Shown here: positions 1 through 9,745 of the stretch, in pieces
Layout: each line of letters opens with the position of its first letter
How positions within the stretch are numbered: the first letter of the stretch is position 1
DNA from: an uncultured Acidobacteriota bacterium
Lineage (GTDB): Bacteria; Acidobacteriota; Vicinamibacteria; Fen-336
Direction of reading: 5' to 3'
Assembly: GCA_963720545.1 (NCBI GenBank)
Contig: OY970399.1
Coordinates: 2,400,001-2,464,000, forward strand
Length of the DNA stretch: 64,000 nucleotides
The notes under the pieces: generated by a model
The model's database searches: none
What the model was told of the DNA's origin: nothing
Seen by the model: the letters and a program-made list of their open reading frames with translations, nothing else
Translations under genes and position numbers: made by a program

Positions 1-640
1 CCACCCGGTTCGACTCGTTGAGGATGGGGAAGACGGCGCGGTTGCGGAAGCGGTCGTAGAAAGAGCCGCCGCCTTCCTTCTCCACCACCAGGCCCGCCGC
101 CTGCAGCACCGTCATCGGGAACGCCTTGCCGAGGCTCTGGATGAGGTGGTCCCACGACTCGAGCGCGGCGCCCGCGCCGATGCGCTCGAGCGTCTCCTTG
201 CGGAAGCCGCGCTTTTCCAGGTACTCGCGCGCGCGGGTGCCGCCGGGCGACCACAGGGTCTTCGTGAACAGCTCCGCGGCGGCGGCCATTGCGGCGAACA
301 CCTGTTCGCGCTCGCGGCGTTCGCGCGCCTCGTTGTCGGGATCGACCGCGGTGCGCGCCGGCACCGCCACGCCGAAGCGCCGCGCCAGCGCCTCGACCGC
401 CTCCGGAAAGGTGAGCTTCTCGTGCAGCATCGCGAACTTGAAGATGTCGCCGCCTTCGCCGCAGCCGAAGCAATGGAAGAAGTCGCCGCGCACGTTGAAG
501 GACGGCGTCTTCTCCTGGTGGAAGGGGCACAGGCCCTTCCACGAGCCGCCCATCTTCTTGAGGCGCACGAAGTCGGAGATGTAGGCCGCGATGTCGGCGG
601 TGCGCTTCACTTCCTCCTTGAACGAATCGGGCCAGGCCAT
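1..640 (-). CDS. dnaG: DNA primase (5' part; runs off the window edge)
   Basis: Not in the ORF track. Manual translation from ATG at 640 gives MAWPDSFKEEVKRTADIAAYISDFVRLKKMGGSWKGLCPFHQEKTPSFNV...FHCFGCGEGGDIFKF, the CHC2 zinc finger of DnaG. It abuts the mutS2 stop codon. Confidence 0.95.
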   Translation of the reverse strand, partial: MAWPDSFKEEVKRTADIAAYISDFVRLKKMGGSWKGLCPFHQEKTPSFNVRGDFFHCFGCGEGGDIFKFAMLHEKLTFPEAVEALARRFGVAVPARTAVDPDNEARERREREQVFAAMAAAAELFTKTLWSPGGTRAREYLEKRGFRKETLERIGAGAALESWDHLIQSLGKAFPMTVLQAAGLVVEKEGGGSFYDRFRNRAVFPILNESNRV

Positions 641-3115
641 CTACTTCAGCTCCACGATGGTGGCGCCGCCGCCGCCTTCGTGCGCGCGCCCTTCACGGAA
701 CGAGGCGACGTGCGGGTGGCCTTCGAGGAGCGAAGCCACCGCCGCGCGCAGGCGGCCGGCGCCGAAGCCGTGGATGACGCGCAGCTCGTCACGGTCGCCC
801 ATCGCCGCCTGGTCGAGCAGCTTGTCGAGCCTGGGCAGCGCTTCGTCGACGGTGAGCCCGATGAGGTTGATCTCCGGCGCCGCTTCTTCAGCGCTCTGGC
901 GCACCCGCGACGGCACAGGGACAGTCCGGGGCTTCTCGGGCGCCGCCGGGAGGCGCGTGACATCGGCTTGCCGCACCTTGAGGCGCTTGCCGGAGACCGC
1001 GACTTCGACGAAGGCGCCGCTCACGTCCAGCACCTGGCCGCTGACGCCCAGTTCCTTGAGCTTCACCCTGTCGCCGACGCGCGGCTCCCCGGCGAGCTCC
1101 TGCTCGCGCTCCGGCACCGCGACCGGCAGGTCGGCGACGGCTTCCTGCTGCGCCTGGCGGATCGCCTCGACGGCGGCGCTGCGCGCGCGCGCCGCTTCGG
1201 CGTGCGTCGACTTGCGCGACGACTCTAACTGCTGCACCGCTGCGCGGATGGCATCGGCCGCCTTGCGCGCCGCTTCGTCGGAACGGCGGCGCAGCTCCTG
1301 CGCGAACGCCTCGGCGGCGCCGCTGCGCGCGGCTGCCACCTCCTTTTCGGCGAGGCGCTGGCGCGCGAGCGACATCTCGGCATCGGCGCGCAGCGCCTGC
1401 GCCTGTTCGCGCTCGGCCGCGGCGCTGGCGCGCTCGGCGGTGAGCTTCTTCAGCAGGTCGTCCACTTCGAGCTGGTTCTTGTCGACGCGAGCGCGCGCGT
1501 CGGCCACCAGCGCGTGCGGCAGGCCGAGCCGCTCCGCCATCTCGAGCGCCAGGCTGCGACCGGCTTCGCCCGGCTGCAGGACGTAGGTTGGCGCGTAGGT
1601 TTGCGGGTCGTAGCCGAAGGACGCGCAGGCAACGCCTTCTGTCTGCTGCGCCCAGGTCTTCATCAGGCCGTGATGCGTGGTGGCGGCGACGGTGGCGCCG
1701 CGCTCCTTGAACGCGGCGACGATGGCGACGCCGAGGGCGCCGCCTTCGGTGGGATCGGTGCCGGCGCCGACCTCGTCGAGCAGCACCAGCGACGGCAGCG
1801 CCAGGCCGTCGAGCATGGCGACGATGGTGGCGAGGTGCGCGGAGAAGGTGGACAGGTTGGCGGCGATCGACTGCTCGTCGCCGATGTCGGCGAACACCGA
1901 GGCGTAGACCGGCAGCGTGCTGCCGGCAGCCGCGGGAATGAACAGACCGCTCTGCGCCATCAGCACCGACAGCCCGAGCGTCTTGAGCGCCACCGTCTTG
2001 CCGCCGGTGTTGGGACCGCTGATGACGAGCACCGGGAACTCGCCGCCGAGGCCGATGGTCACCGGCACCGGGCCGTTCGTGCGCGTCGCGGATGCGCCTG
2101 CGTCTGAAGGCGCCGCGCCCTCGGCCAGCCGCCGGCGCAGGTTGGGCATGAGCATCGGGTGGCGCGCGTCCACCAGGAGCAGCTCATGTCCGCGACCCAC
2201 GACCTGCGGCTCGCTCGCCGCCATCTCCCGGGCGAGGAGCGCCTTGGCCTGCAGCGCGTCGAGTTCGGCGAGGATCAGGAACGCTTCCGCCATCTCGCGC
2301 GCGCGGGCGCGCACGCCGTCTGTCAGCTGGGCGAGGATGCGGATCACTTCGGCCCGTTCTTCCTCGGTGCGCGCCACGATGTCGTTGTTGAGCTCCACCG
2401 CGGCCATCGGCTCGACGAACAGGCTTGCCCCCGAGCCCGACGAGCCGTGGACGATGCCCGGCAGCGTCTGGCGATGCTCGGCCTTGATGAGCAGCACGAA
2501 GCGGTCGTTGCGGGTGGTGACCACCTTGTCCTGCAGCACGCGCGCTGCGTCGCGGTCCTTGAGGAACGAGTCCATCACCGAGCCGAGCGATTCGCGCATC
2601 CGCAGGAGCGAGCGGCGGATGTCGGCGAGCCGCGGCGAGGCGTTGTCGGCCACCTCGCCCGAGGGCAGTATGGCGCGCCTGATGGCGGCCGCGAGCGCCG
2701 TGCCGTCGAGGATGCGTGAGGCGCTCCGCGCGAGGTTCGGCGCTTCTTCCACCCGCGCCACAGAAACCGAGATTTCCCGCGCGCCGTCGAGGAAGGACGC
2801 GACCTGCGACAGCTCGGCCGGTTCCAGGTGGGCCCCCGCCACCCGGGCGACGCCCACCGCCTCCTCCACTTCCGGCAGGTCGTTATAGGGCTGACGGCCA
2901 GCCACGCGGAGGAGTGCAACCGCCTCCCGGCACTGCAAAAGGCTGGCACGGACTTCGCTCTCATCTGTCGACGGGGAAAGCGATGCCATGGCCTGCCGGC
3001 CGCGCACGGAACCAGCGAATCCCGCCAGAAGAGCCCGGATGGCGGGGAACTCGAGGGTGCGGTAGAACCGTTCGTAGAGGCGGTTTTTCGACGCGAAATC
3101 GCCCGTGCCGGACAC
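641..3115 (-). CDS. mutS2: Endonuclease MutS2
   Basis: GPNTGGKT Walker A, DIGDEQSI..LSTFS, LLDEVGAGTDP, and a C-terminal Smr domain (VIHGFGAGRLR). Start moved to GTG 3115, which has GAGG upstream and precedes the RTLEF motif. The track's TTG at 3244 lies in a probable -35 box. Confidence 0.93.
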   Translation of the reverse strand: MSGTGDFASKNRLYERFYRTLEFPAIRALLAGFAGSVRGRQAMASLSPSTDESEVRASLLQCREAVALLRVAGRQPYNDLPEVEEAVGVARVAGAHLEPAELSQVASFLDGAREISVSVARVEEAPNLARSASRILDGTALAAAIRRAILPSGEVADNASPRLADIRRSLLRMRESLGSVMDSFLKDRDAARVLQDKVVTTRNDRFVLLIKAEHRQTLPGIVHGSSGSGASLFVEPMAAVELNNDIVARTEEERAEVIRILAQLTDGVRARAREMAEAFLILAELDALQAKALLAREMAASEPQVVGRGHELLLVDARHPMLMPNLRRRLAEGAAPSDAGASATRTNGPVPVTIGLGGEFPVLVISGPNTGGKTVALKTLGLSVLMAQSGLFIPAAAGSTLPVYASVFADIGDEQSIAANLSTFSAHLATIVAMLDGLALPSLVLLDEVGAGTDPTEGGALGVAIVAAFKERGATVAATTHHGLMKTWAQQTEGVACASFGYDPQTYAPTYVLQPGEAGRSLALEMAERLGLPHALVADARARVDKNQLEVDDLLKKLTAERASAAAEREQAQALRADAEMSLARQRLAEKEVAAARSGAAEAFAQELRRRSDEAARKAADAIRAAVQQLESSRKSTHAEAARARSAAVEAIRQAQQEAVADLPVAVPEREQELAGEPRVGDRVKLKELGVSGQVLDVSGAFVEVAVSGKRLKVRQADVTRLPAAPEKPRTVPVPSRVRQSAEEAAPEINLIGLTVDEALPRLDKLLDQAAMGDRDELRVIHGFGAGRLRAAVASLLEGHPHVASFREGRAHEGGGGATIVELK

Positions 3116-3215
3116 GCCTGGTGCCTCGGTCGGTACGTACGAAGGTGTTGTATTCAGGTTAAGAGGTGCTTGAACAGGGGCTTGAAGCTCGGCTCGAGGG
3201 CCAAGGTATGCACTA

Positions 3216-3244
3216 AAGATCGGAAGGGAACGCTCTTTTGTCAA
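3216..3244 (-). promoter_or_regulatory. Putative sigma70 promoter for mutS2-dnaG
   Basis: TTGACA-17 nt-GATCTT on the minus strand in the AT-richer divergent intergenic region. Confidence 0.45.
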
Positions 3245-3341
3245 GAACGCCCGTCGTGTAACATTCTCTTTTTTTCAAACAACATAGCCGTGGTTTTGCA
3301 CGCCGCGGCGCTTTCATAAGCAGGGGTAGCCAAAAAAGGCC

Positions 3342-4832
<1,491 letters not shown>

Positions 4833-4842
4833 GGCCAGCCGC

Positions 4843-5733
4843 CTGACCGCCGCCGCGAGCGCCGCGGGCGTACGCCGCGTCCTGCTCGTCACCCTCGTGC
4901 TGAACGCGGGGGTGAGCCTCTCGAAGATCGTCGTCGGCCACCTGTCGGGAAGCCTGTCGATGGTGGCCGACGGCTACCATTCGCTGGTTGACGGCCTCAA
5001 CAACGTCCTCGGCCTGATCGTCATCGGCGTGGCGCTGCGGCCGCCGGACGCCGACCATCACTACGGCCACCGCAAGTTCGAGACGGCAGCCACGCTCGCG
5101 ATCGGCGTGGCGCTCGCCCTGCTCGCCTATCGCCTCGTCGCCGGTTCGTTCGGGCACTTCGGCGGCGGCCAGCAGGTGGCGGCGATCGGCACGCTCAACT
5201 TCGTGGTGATGATCGTGACCCTGACGATCAACATCTTCGTCGCGCGCTATGAGGCGCGCGAAGGCCGGCGCCTCGGCAGCGAGTACCTGGTGGCCGATGC
5301 CGCGCACACCAGTTCCGACGTCTACGTCACCTGCGGCGTGCTGGCCTCGTTCCTCGGCACGCGCGCCGGGCTTGCATGGTTCGACCCGGCGATGGCGGTG
5401 GTCATCGGCGGCTTCATCGCATTCCAGGCGGCGAAGCTGCTACGCGCCTCGTTCGACATCCTCACCGACAAGGCGCCATTCGATCCGGTCGCGATCGAGC
5501 GGGTGGTGAGCGGCGTGCCGGGAGTGCGCGCGGTGCGCGACGTGCGCTCGCGCGGCGGCGGCGACTCGGTGTACGTGGACCTGGTCGCCGACGTGGACGG
5601 CGCGATGACCCTGTACGCCGCGCACGAGATCTGCGACGTCATCGAGGCGGCCGTGAAGGAGAAGTTTCCGGGCGTCATCGACGTCATCGTCCACCTCGAG
5701 CCCGCGCGCGTGCCGGCGCGCGGCGGCGGCTAG
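4843..5733 (+). CDS. Cation diffusion facilitator family transporter
   Basis: ADGYHSLVD, PPDADHHYGHRKFE, ADAAHTSSD and a C-terminal dimerisation domain (DVIVHLEP). The first TM helix starts upstream of the GTG at 4897. An in-frame CTG at 4843 has GAGG upstream, so the start is uncertain. Confidence 0.9.
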   Translation: MTAAASAAGVRRVLLVTLVLNAGVSLSKIVVGHLSGSLSMVADGYHSLVDGLNNVLGLIVIGVALRPPDADHHYGHRKFETAATLAIGVALALLAYRLVAGSFGHFGGGQQVAAIGTLNFVVMIVTLTINIFVARYEAREGRRLGSEYLVADAAHTSSDVYVTCGVLASFLGTRAGLAWFDPAMAVVIGGFIAFQAAKLLRASFDILTDKAPFDPVAIERVVSGVPGVRAVRDVRSRGGGDSVYVDLVADVDGAMTLYAAHEICDVIEAAVKEKFPGVIDVIVHLEPARVPARGGG

Positions 5734-6059
5734 CGGCGTTCGCCGCCGCAGGCTTCGCAAGGGCAGAGGGCGCGCAGCATGCGGAAGCTGTAGATGCCGG
5801 TGCTGTGCCCGTCGCCCCAGGTGAGCCCGAGCGCGTAGTTGCCGACGGGCTCGGCGTGCGCCAGGGTTTCGTCATGGCGGTCGAGGTAGCGCGCCGCCGC
5901 GGCGTGTCCCTGGCACATCGCGCACGGGCACCAGCTGCGCAGGTAGTCCCAGCCGAACGCGGACACGTGGCCGTCGTCCCAGGTGAGCATGAGGCGTCGC
6001 GAAGCCTGCTCGTTGCGAGCCTCTACGGGTTCGGGCGGCGGGACGTATGGAGTCGTCAG
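5730..6059 (-). CDS. DUF971 / GBBH-like N-terminal domain protein
   Basis: WDDGH...LRSWCPCAMCQGH...VGNYAL...WGDGHSTGIYSF. The frame stays open upstream of ATG 5990 to a CTG at 6059, so the start is uncertain. Confidence 0.82.
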   Translation of the reverse strand: MTTPYVPPPEPVEARNEQASRRLMLTWDDGHVSAFGWDYLRSWCPCAMCQGHAAAARYLDRHDETLAHAEPVGNYALGLTWGDGHSTGIYSFRMLRALCPCEACGGERR

Positions 6060-6094
6060 ATCAGAAGGGCGAAGAGCTGCTGATGAACTGGATG

Positions 6095-7066
6095 TTACGT
6101 TACTCTCCAGGTGCCAGCGTCCTTCGTCAGGCTGATGCTGATTGGTTCCTTGGTGCCTGACTGCGTCGTCACAAAACCCGAGAGGGTCGCAGTTTGATCG
6201 GTCAGGTTGCTCTTCCGGAACCAGAAACTCGACTCCTTGAAGTCCGCCAACCCCGGATGCTCCTGGACGAGGGCTTGGAACGATTCGAGTGTCATCCGAT
6301 CGCGATACGACTGGTCCAGTTCGGCATAGACGCGGTCGACTTCGCCATGTCCGAGTTGAGATAACGCGCTGTTCGCGGCTGCTGTCGGCTGTTGCGCCTC
6401 ACGCCAGACGTAGATGCCGAAGAGGAAGGCGACGAGTACTAGCAACGACAAGCATCCGCAACAACCGGAGACTATCCAGAAGAGCGGTCCCTTGCCCTTC
6501 CTGGCCGGCGCCGACACGGCAACGGAGCTGGCCGCGGGCCGGGGGATGGCCGCGCGCGGCGGTGGCGGTGGTGCGGCAGGGCGCGGCGGCGGAGGCGGTG
6601 CGGGTGCCGGAGGTGGTGGAATCGTGGCGCGCGATGCCGGCGGGGGCGGCGGTGGCGGTGCCGCCTGCACCGGAGGCGGCGCCGGCGGTGCCGGTGGTGG
6701 CGGCGGCGGTGTCGAGTCGCGCATCACCGTGCGTTCCGAGGATGCCGGTGCGGCCACCGTCTGTGTCAGGTCGGGAACCGCCGGCTCGTCGACCTCCACG
6801 CGGTAGACCATGCCGCCGAGGCGCAGCTCCTGGCCGTTCTTCAGAAAGCTGCCGGTGATTCTCTGGCTGTCGAGAAAGGTGCCGTTGGCGCTGCCCTGGT
6901 CGGTGATCTTGAAGGCGCCTTCGATGCGCTCGATCTTCGCGTGCCGCCGGGACACCGAACCATCGTTCAGAACCACGTCGCAAGTGAGTTCGCGCCCGAT
7001 CAGGGCTGAATCCTTGTCGATCTCTATGGGCTTTCCGAGCGGCGGTACGAGCCGGAGTTTCACCAT
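6095..7066 (-). CDS. FHA-domain membrane protein with Pro-rich linker and extracytoplasmic domain
   Basis: IGRELTCDVVLNDGSVSRRHA...DQGSANGTF FHA motifs, poly-Pro linker, TM helix containing GCCGC. ATG 7066 follows GAGGGA. Confidence 0.85.
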   Translation of the reverse strand: MVKLRLVPPLGKPIEIDKDSALIGRELTCDVVLNDGSVSRRHAKIERIEGAFKITDQGSANGTFLDSQRITGSFLKNGQELRLGGMVYRVEVDEPAVPDLTQTVAAPASSERTVMRDSTPPPPPPAPPAPPPVQAAPPPPPPPASRATIPPPPAPAPPPPPRPAAPPPPPRAAIPRPAASSVAVSAPARKGKGPLFWIVSGCCGCLSLLVLVAFLFGIYVWREAQQPTAAANSALSQLGHGEVDRVYAELDQSYRDRMTLESFQALVQEHPGLADFKESSFWFRKSNLTDQTATLSGFVTTQSGTKEPISISLTKDAGTWRVT

Positions 7067-7148
7067 TAAATGCACTCCCTCAATTCCACGGTGGAAGTTG
7101 GTCGGATGTTAGCACCAAGGCAGAAAAGGGGCTGTAGCATCCATATTC

Positions 7149-7796
7149 GTGCCTGAAGCAGCCATTTCCGTCCGTGGATTGTGCAGGCGCTTCGGAGCGC
7201 GATGGGCGCTCGCGGAAATCTCCTTTGCAGTGCCGCACGGCGCGCGCGCTCTCGTCCTCGGGCCGAACGGCTCCGGAAAGTCGACGCTGCTGCGGGTGCT
7301 TGCGACGGCGCTGCGCGCCGACCGCGGCACGGCGCTCGTGGCCGGACACGACCTGGCGCGGGCCCGGGAGGAAATCCGGCGCGTCTCGGCGCTCGTCGCC
7401 CACGCGAGCTTCCTCTACGAGAGCCTCTCGGCGCTGCAGAACCTCGAGGTGGCGGCGCGCTTCCTCTCGCGCCCGGCGGCGCGCACCGACCTGCTGGCGG
7501 TGCTCGAGCGGGTGGGACTCGCCGAGCGCGCCGACGACGCCCCCGCCACCTTCTCCGCCGGCATGAAAAGGCGGCTGAGCCTCGCCCGGCTGCTCCTGCA
7601 GCGCCCGGCGATCGCCTTTCTCGACGAGCCCTACGCCCAGCTCGACAGCGACGGCGCCGCGTTCGTCGACTCGTTGCTCGACGACTTCCGGCGCGACGGC
7701 GTCACCGTGCTGATGGCGACCCACCAGGGCGACCATGCCCGCGGCGCCGCCGACCTCACGCTGACGCTCGCCGCGGGCCGGCTCGCCTCACGATGA
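7149..7796 (+). CDS. ccmA: Heme exporter ATP-binding protein CcmA
   Basis: GPNGSGKST, FSAGMKRR, FLDEP. First gene of the ccm cluster. Confidence 0.88.
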   Translation: MPEAAISVRGLCRRFGARWALAEISFAVPHGARALVLGPNGSGKSTLLRVLATALRADRGTALVAGHDLARAREEIRRVSALVAHASFLYESLSALQNLEVAARFLSRPAARTDLLAVLERVGLAERADDAPATFSAGMKRRLSLARLLLQRPAIAFLDEPYAQLDSDGAAFVDSLLDDFRRDGVTVLMATHQGDHARGAADLTLTLAAGRLASR

Positions 7797-8458
7797 GCGC
7801 GCTGTTCGTGGCGCTGCGCAAGGATCGCGCTCTCATGTGGGCGAACCGCACGGCGCTCGCCGCGGTCTTCATGTTTGGCGTGACGACGCTCCTGCTCCTG
7901 AGCTTCGCCATCGGGCCGCGCGCCGACCTGCTGCGTCCCTACGCCGCGAGCTTCCTGTGGCTCGCGCTCCTCCTGTGCTCGACGCTGGCCCTCGCCGACA
8001 GCTTCAGCGACGAGATGCGCGAGCAGGCGCTCACCGGCCTGCTGCTCCTGCCGGTGTCGCCACGCATCCTCTACTACGCGAAGGCGCTCGCGAACACCGC
8101 GCAGCTGACGCTCCTCGGCGTGGCGCTCGCCCCGGTGGTGGTGGTCCTCTACGACGCGCCCATCCGCAACCTGCCGGCGCTCCTTGCCGTGATCGTGCTG
8201 GGCGCTGCCGGTCTGTCGGCGCCGGGTACCCTCTACGGCGCGATGACCGCGCAGCTGCGCTCGCGGCAGACGCTGCTGCCGCTGTTGCTGTTCCCGCTGG
8301 TGGTGCCGGTGCTGCTCGCCGCGGTGCGCGCCAGCGGCCTGCTGCTCGAGGGCGATCCGATGGGCCAGGTGCCGTCGTGGATCATGCTCCTGGCCTGCTT
8401 CGACGCGATACACTGGTCCCTTGCCGGCCTGCTGTTCGGCCGCGTGGTGGAAGATTGA
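7793..8458 (+). CDS. ccmB: Heme exporter permease CcmB
   Basis: ATGA overlap with ccmA, six TM helices, LLPLLLFPLVVPVLL motif. Confidence 0.9.
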   Translation: MSALFVALRKDRALMWANRTALAAVFMFGVTTLLLLSFAIGPRADLLRPYAASFLWLALLLCSTLALADSFSDEMREQALTGLLLLPVSPRILYYAKALANTAQLTLLGVALAPVVVVLYDAPIRNLPALLAVIVLGAAGLSAPGTLYGAMTAQLRSRQTLLPLLLFPLVVPVLLAAVRASGLLLEGDPMGQVPSWIMLLACFDAIHWSLAGLLFGRVVED

Positions 8459-9156
8459 CAGACCCCCGGAAAGACAACGCCGCGCCCTATCTCTTCGCCG
8501 CGGCGGGAGCGGCGTTTCTCGCCTGGGGCACCACCTGGGGGCTCGCCGTGGCGCCGCGCGAAACCTACATGGGCGACGTGCAGCGCATCATGTACGTGCA
8601 CGTGCCGACCGCGTGGAACGCGATGCTGGCGCTCACCTTCGCCTTCGTCTGCGCGGTCTTGTCCCTGTGGCGCGGCGGCCTGTTGTGGGACGCGCGCCTC
8701 GAGGCGGCGATGGAAGTGGGCACGGTGCTCGCGGCGCTCCTCTGCTGCCAGGGCGCCTTGTGGGCAAAACCGACCTGGGGCGTCTACTGGGACTGGGATC
8801 CGCGGCTCACCACCACCGCGATCCTCGTCTGTGCCTTTGCCGGCATCCTGGCGCTGCGCAGCTTCATCGACGACACCGTGAAGCGCGCCACCTGGTCGGC
8901 GGTCGCTGCCATCATCGCTTCCGCCGATGTCCCGGTCGTCTATTTCTCGGTGCGCTGGTGGAACTCGCTGCACCAGGTGCAGTCGAGCCCGGCGACCGTG
9001 TCGCGCGCCTTCCACTGGCCGCTGCGCCTCAACGCCATCGGCATCCTGCTGCTGATGATCGGCATGATCATGCTGCGCCGGCGCATCGCCTCGTGCCGCC
9101 TCGAATCCGAGATGGCGCCGCCGCTCGCAAGCGGCGCCGCCGTGGCGGGCGCCTGA
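8455..9156 (+). CDS. ccmC: Heme exporter/cytochrome c biogenesis protein CcmC
   Basis: TTGA overlap with ccmB, RIMYVHVP, WAKPTWGVYWDWDPRLTT (WWD domain), WWNSLHQ. Confidence 0.93.
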   Translation: MTDPRKDNAAPYLFAAAGAAFLAWGTTWGLAVAPRETYMGDVQRIMYVHVPTAWNAMLALTFAFVCAVLSLWRGGLLWDARLEAAMEVGTVLAALLCCQGALWAKPTWGVYWDWDPRLTTTAILVCAFAGILALRSFIDDTVKRATWSAVAAIIASADVPVVYFSVRWWNSLHQVQSSPATVSRAFHWPLRLNAIGILLLMIGMIMLRRRIASCRLESEMAPPLASGAAVAGA

Positions 9157-9302
9157 TGGAGAGCGCAGGCAGCGGCGTCATCAGCGGCGGCTACGGTTAC
9201 GTAATCGCCGCCTACACGCTCAGTGCCTTCGTCTACGGCGGCTACTGGCTGTACCTGGTGCGCTCGTGGCGCGCGGCGCGGCGCTCGCGGGGTGCGCGCT
9301 GA
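9156..9302 (+). CDS. ccmD: Heme exporter protein CcmD
   Basis: 48-aa single-TM protein with a basic tail (GYVIAAY...RAARRSRGAR) between ccmC and ccmE, coupled by TGATG. Confidence 0.75.
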   Translation: MESAGSGVISGGYGYVIAAYTLSAFVYGGYWLYLVRSWRAARRSRGAR

Positions 9303-9745
9303 AGCGGCCGCGGCTGTTCGCGGTGGCAGCGCTCGCGGTCGCGGGTGCTGCGCTCCTGGCGCTGACGCTCGGCGGCATCGGCAAGAATCTCGTCTACTAC
9401 TGGGGGCCCACGGAACTGCGCGCCGCCGGCGACAAGGCGTACGGCGCTTCCATCCGCCTCGGCGGGCTGGTGGCCGACGGCTCGATCGTCCATGGCGAAG
9501 GACCGTCGGCGCTCGCCTTCGACGTCGTCGACCGCAAGGGCGGCCGCGTCCACGTGCAGTGCACCGGCGTACCGCCGCAGATGTTCCGCGAGCGCATCGG
9601 CGTCGTCATCGAGGGCACCATGACCCGCTCCGGCTATTTTCAGGGCAACCGCCTGCTCGTCTCCCATGGCAACGACTACCGGGCACCGGGGGACACGGAG
9701 CAGAAGGCGATCGAGGACCTGATGAAGAGCACCCAGGGTCTGTGA
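9299..9745 (+). CDS. ccmE: Heme chaperone CcmE
   Basis: NLVYYWGP, IRLGGLV, PQMFRE..GVVIEG, and the HGNDY heme-binding HxxxY motif. Probable CTG start overlapping the ccmD stop. Confidence 0.9.
   Translation: MKRPRLFAVAALAVAGAALLALTLGGIGKNLVYYWGPTELRAAGDKAYGASIRLGGLVADGSIVHGEGPSALAFDVVDRKGGRVHVQCTGVPPQMFRERIGVVIEGTMTRSGYFQGNRLLVSHGNDYRAPGDTEQKAIEDLMKSTQGL

Noticed and set aside
3116..3340. 6S RNA or riboswitch in the mutS2/GT2 intergenic region
   Set aside because: I could not find long terminal pairing or a recognisable consensus. Divergent promoters explain the composition.
6540..6720. GGC/GGT-rich DNA repeat element
   Set aside because: It simply encodes the poly-Pro linker of the FHA protein.
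9299..9745. Variant (CxxxY, System I*) CcmE
   Set aside because: The motif is canonical HxxxY and ccmH is present, so this is a standard System I.
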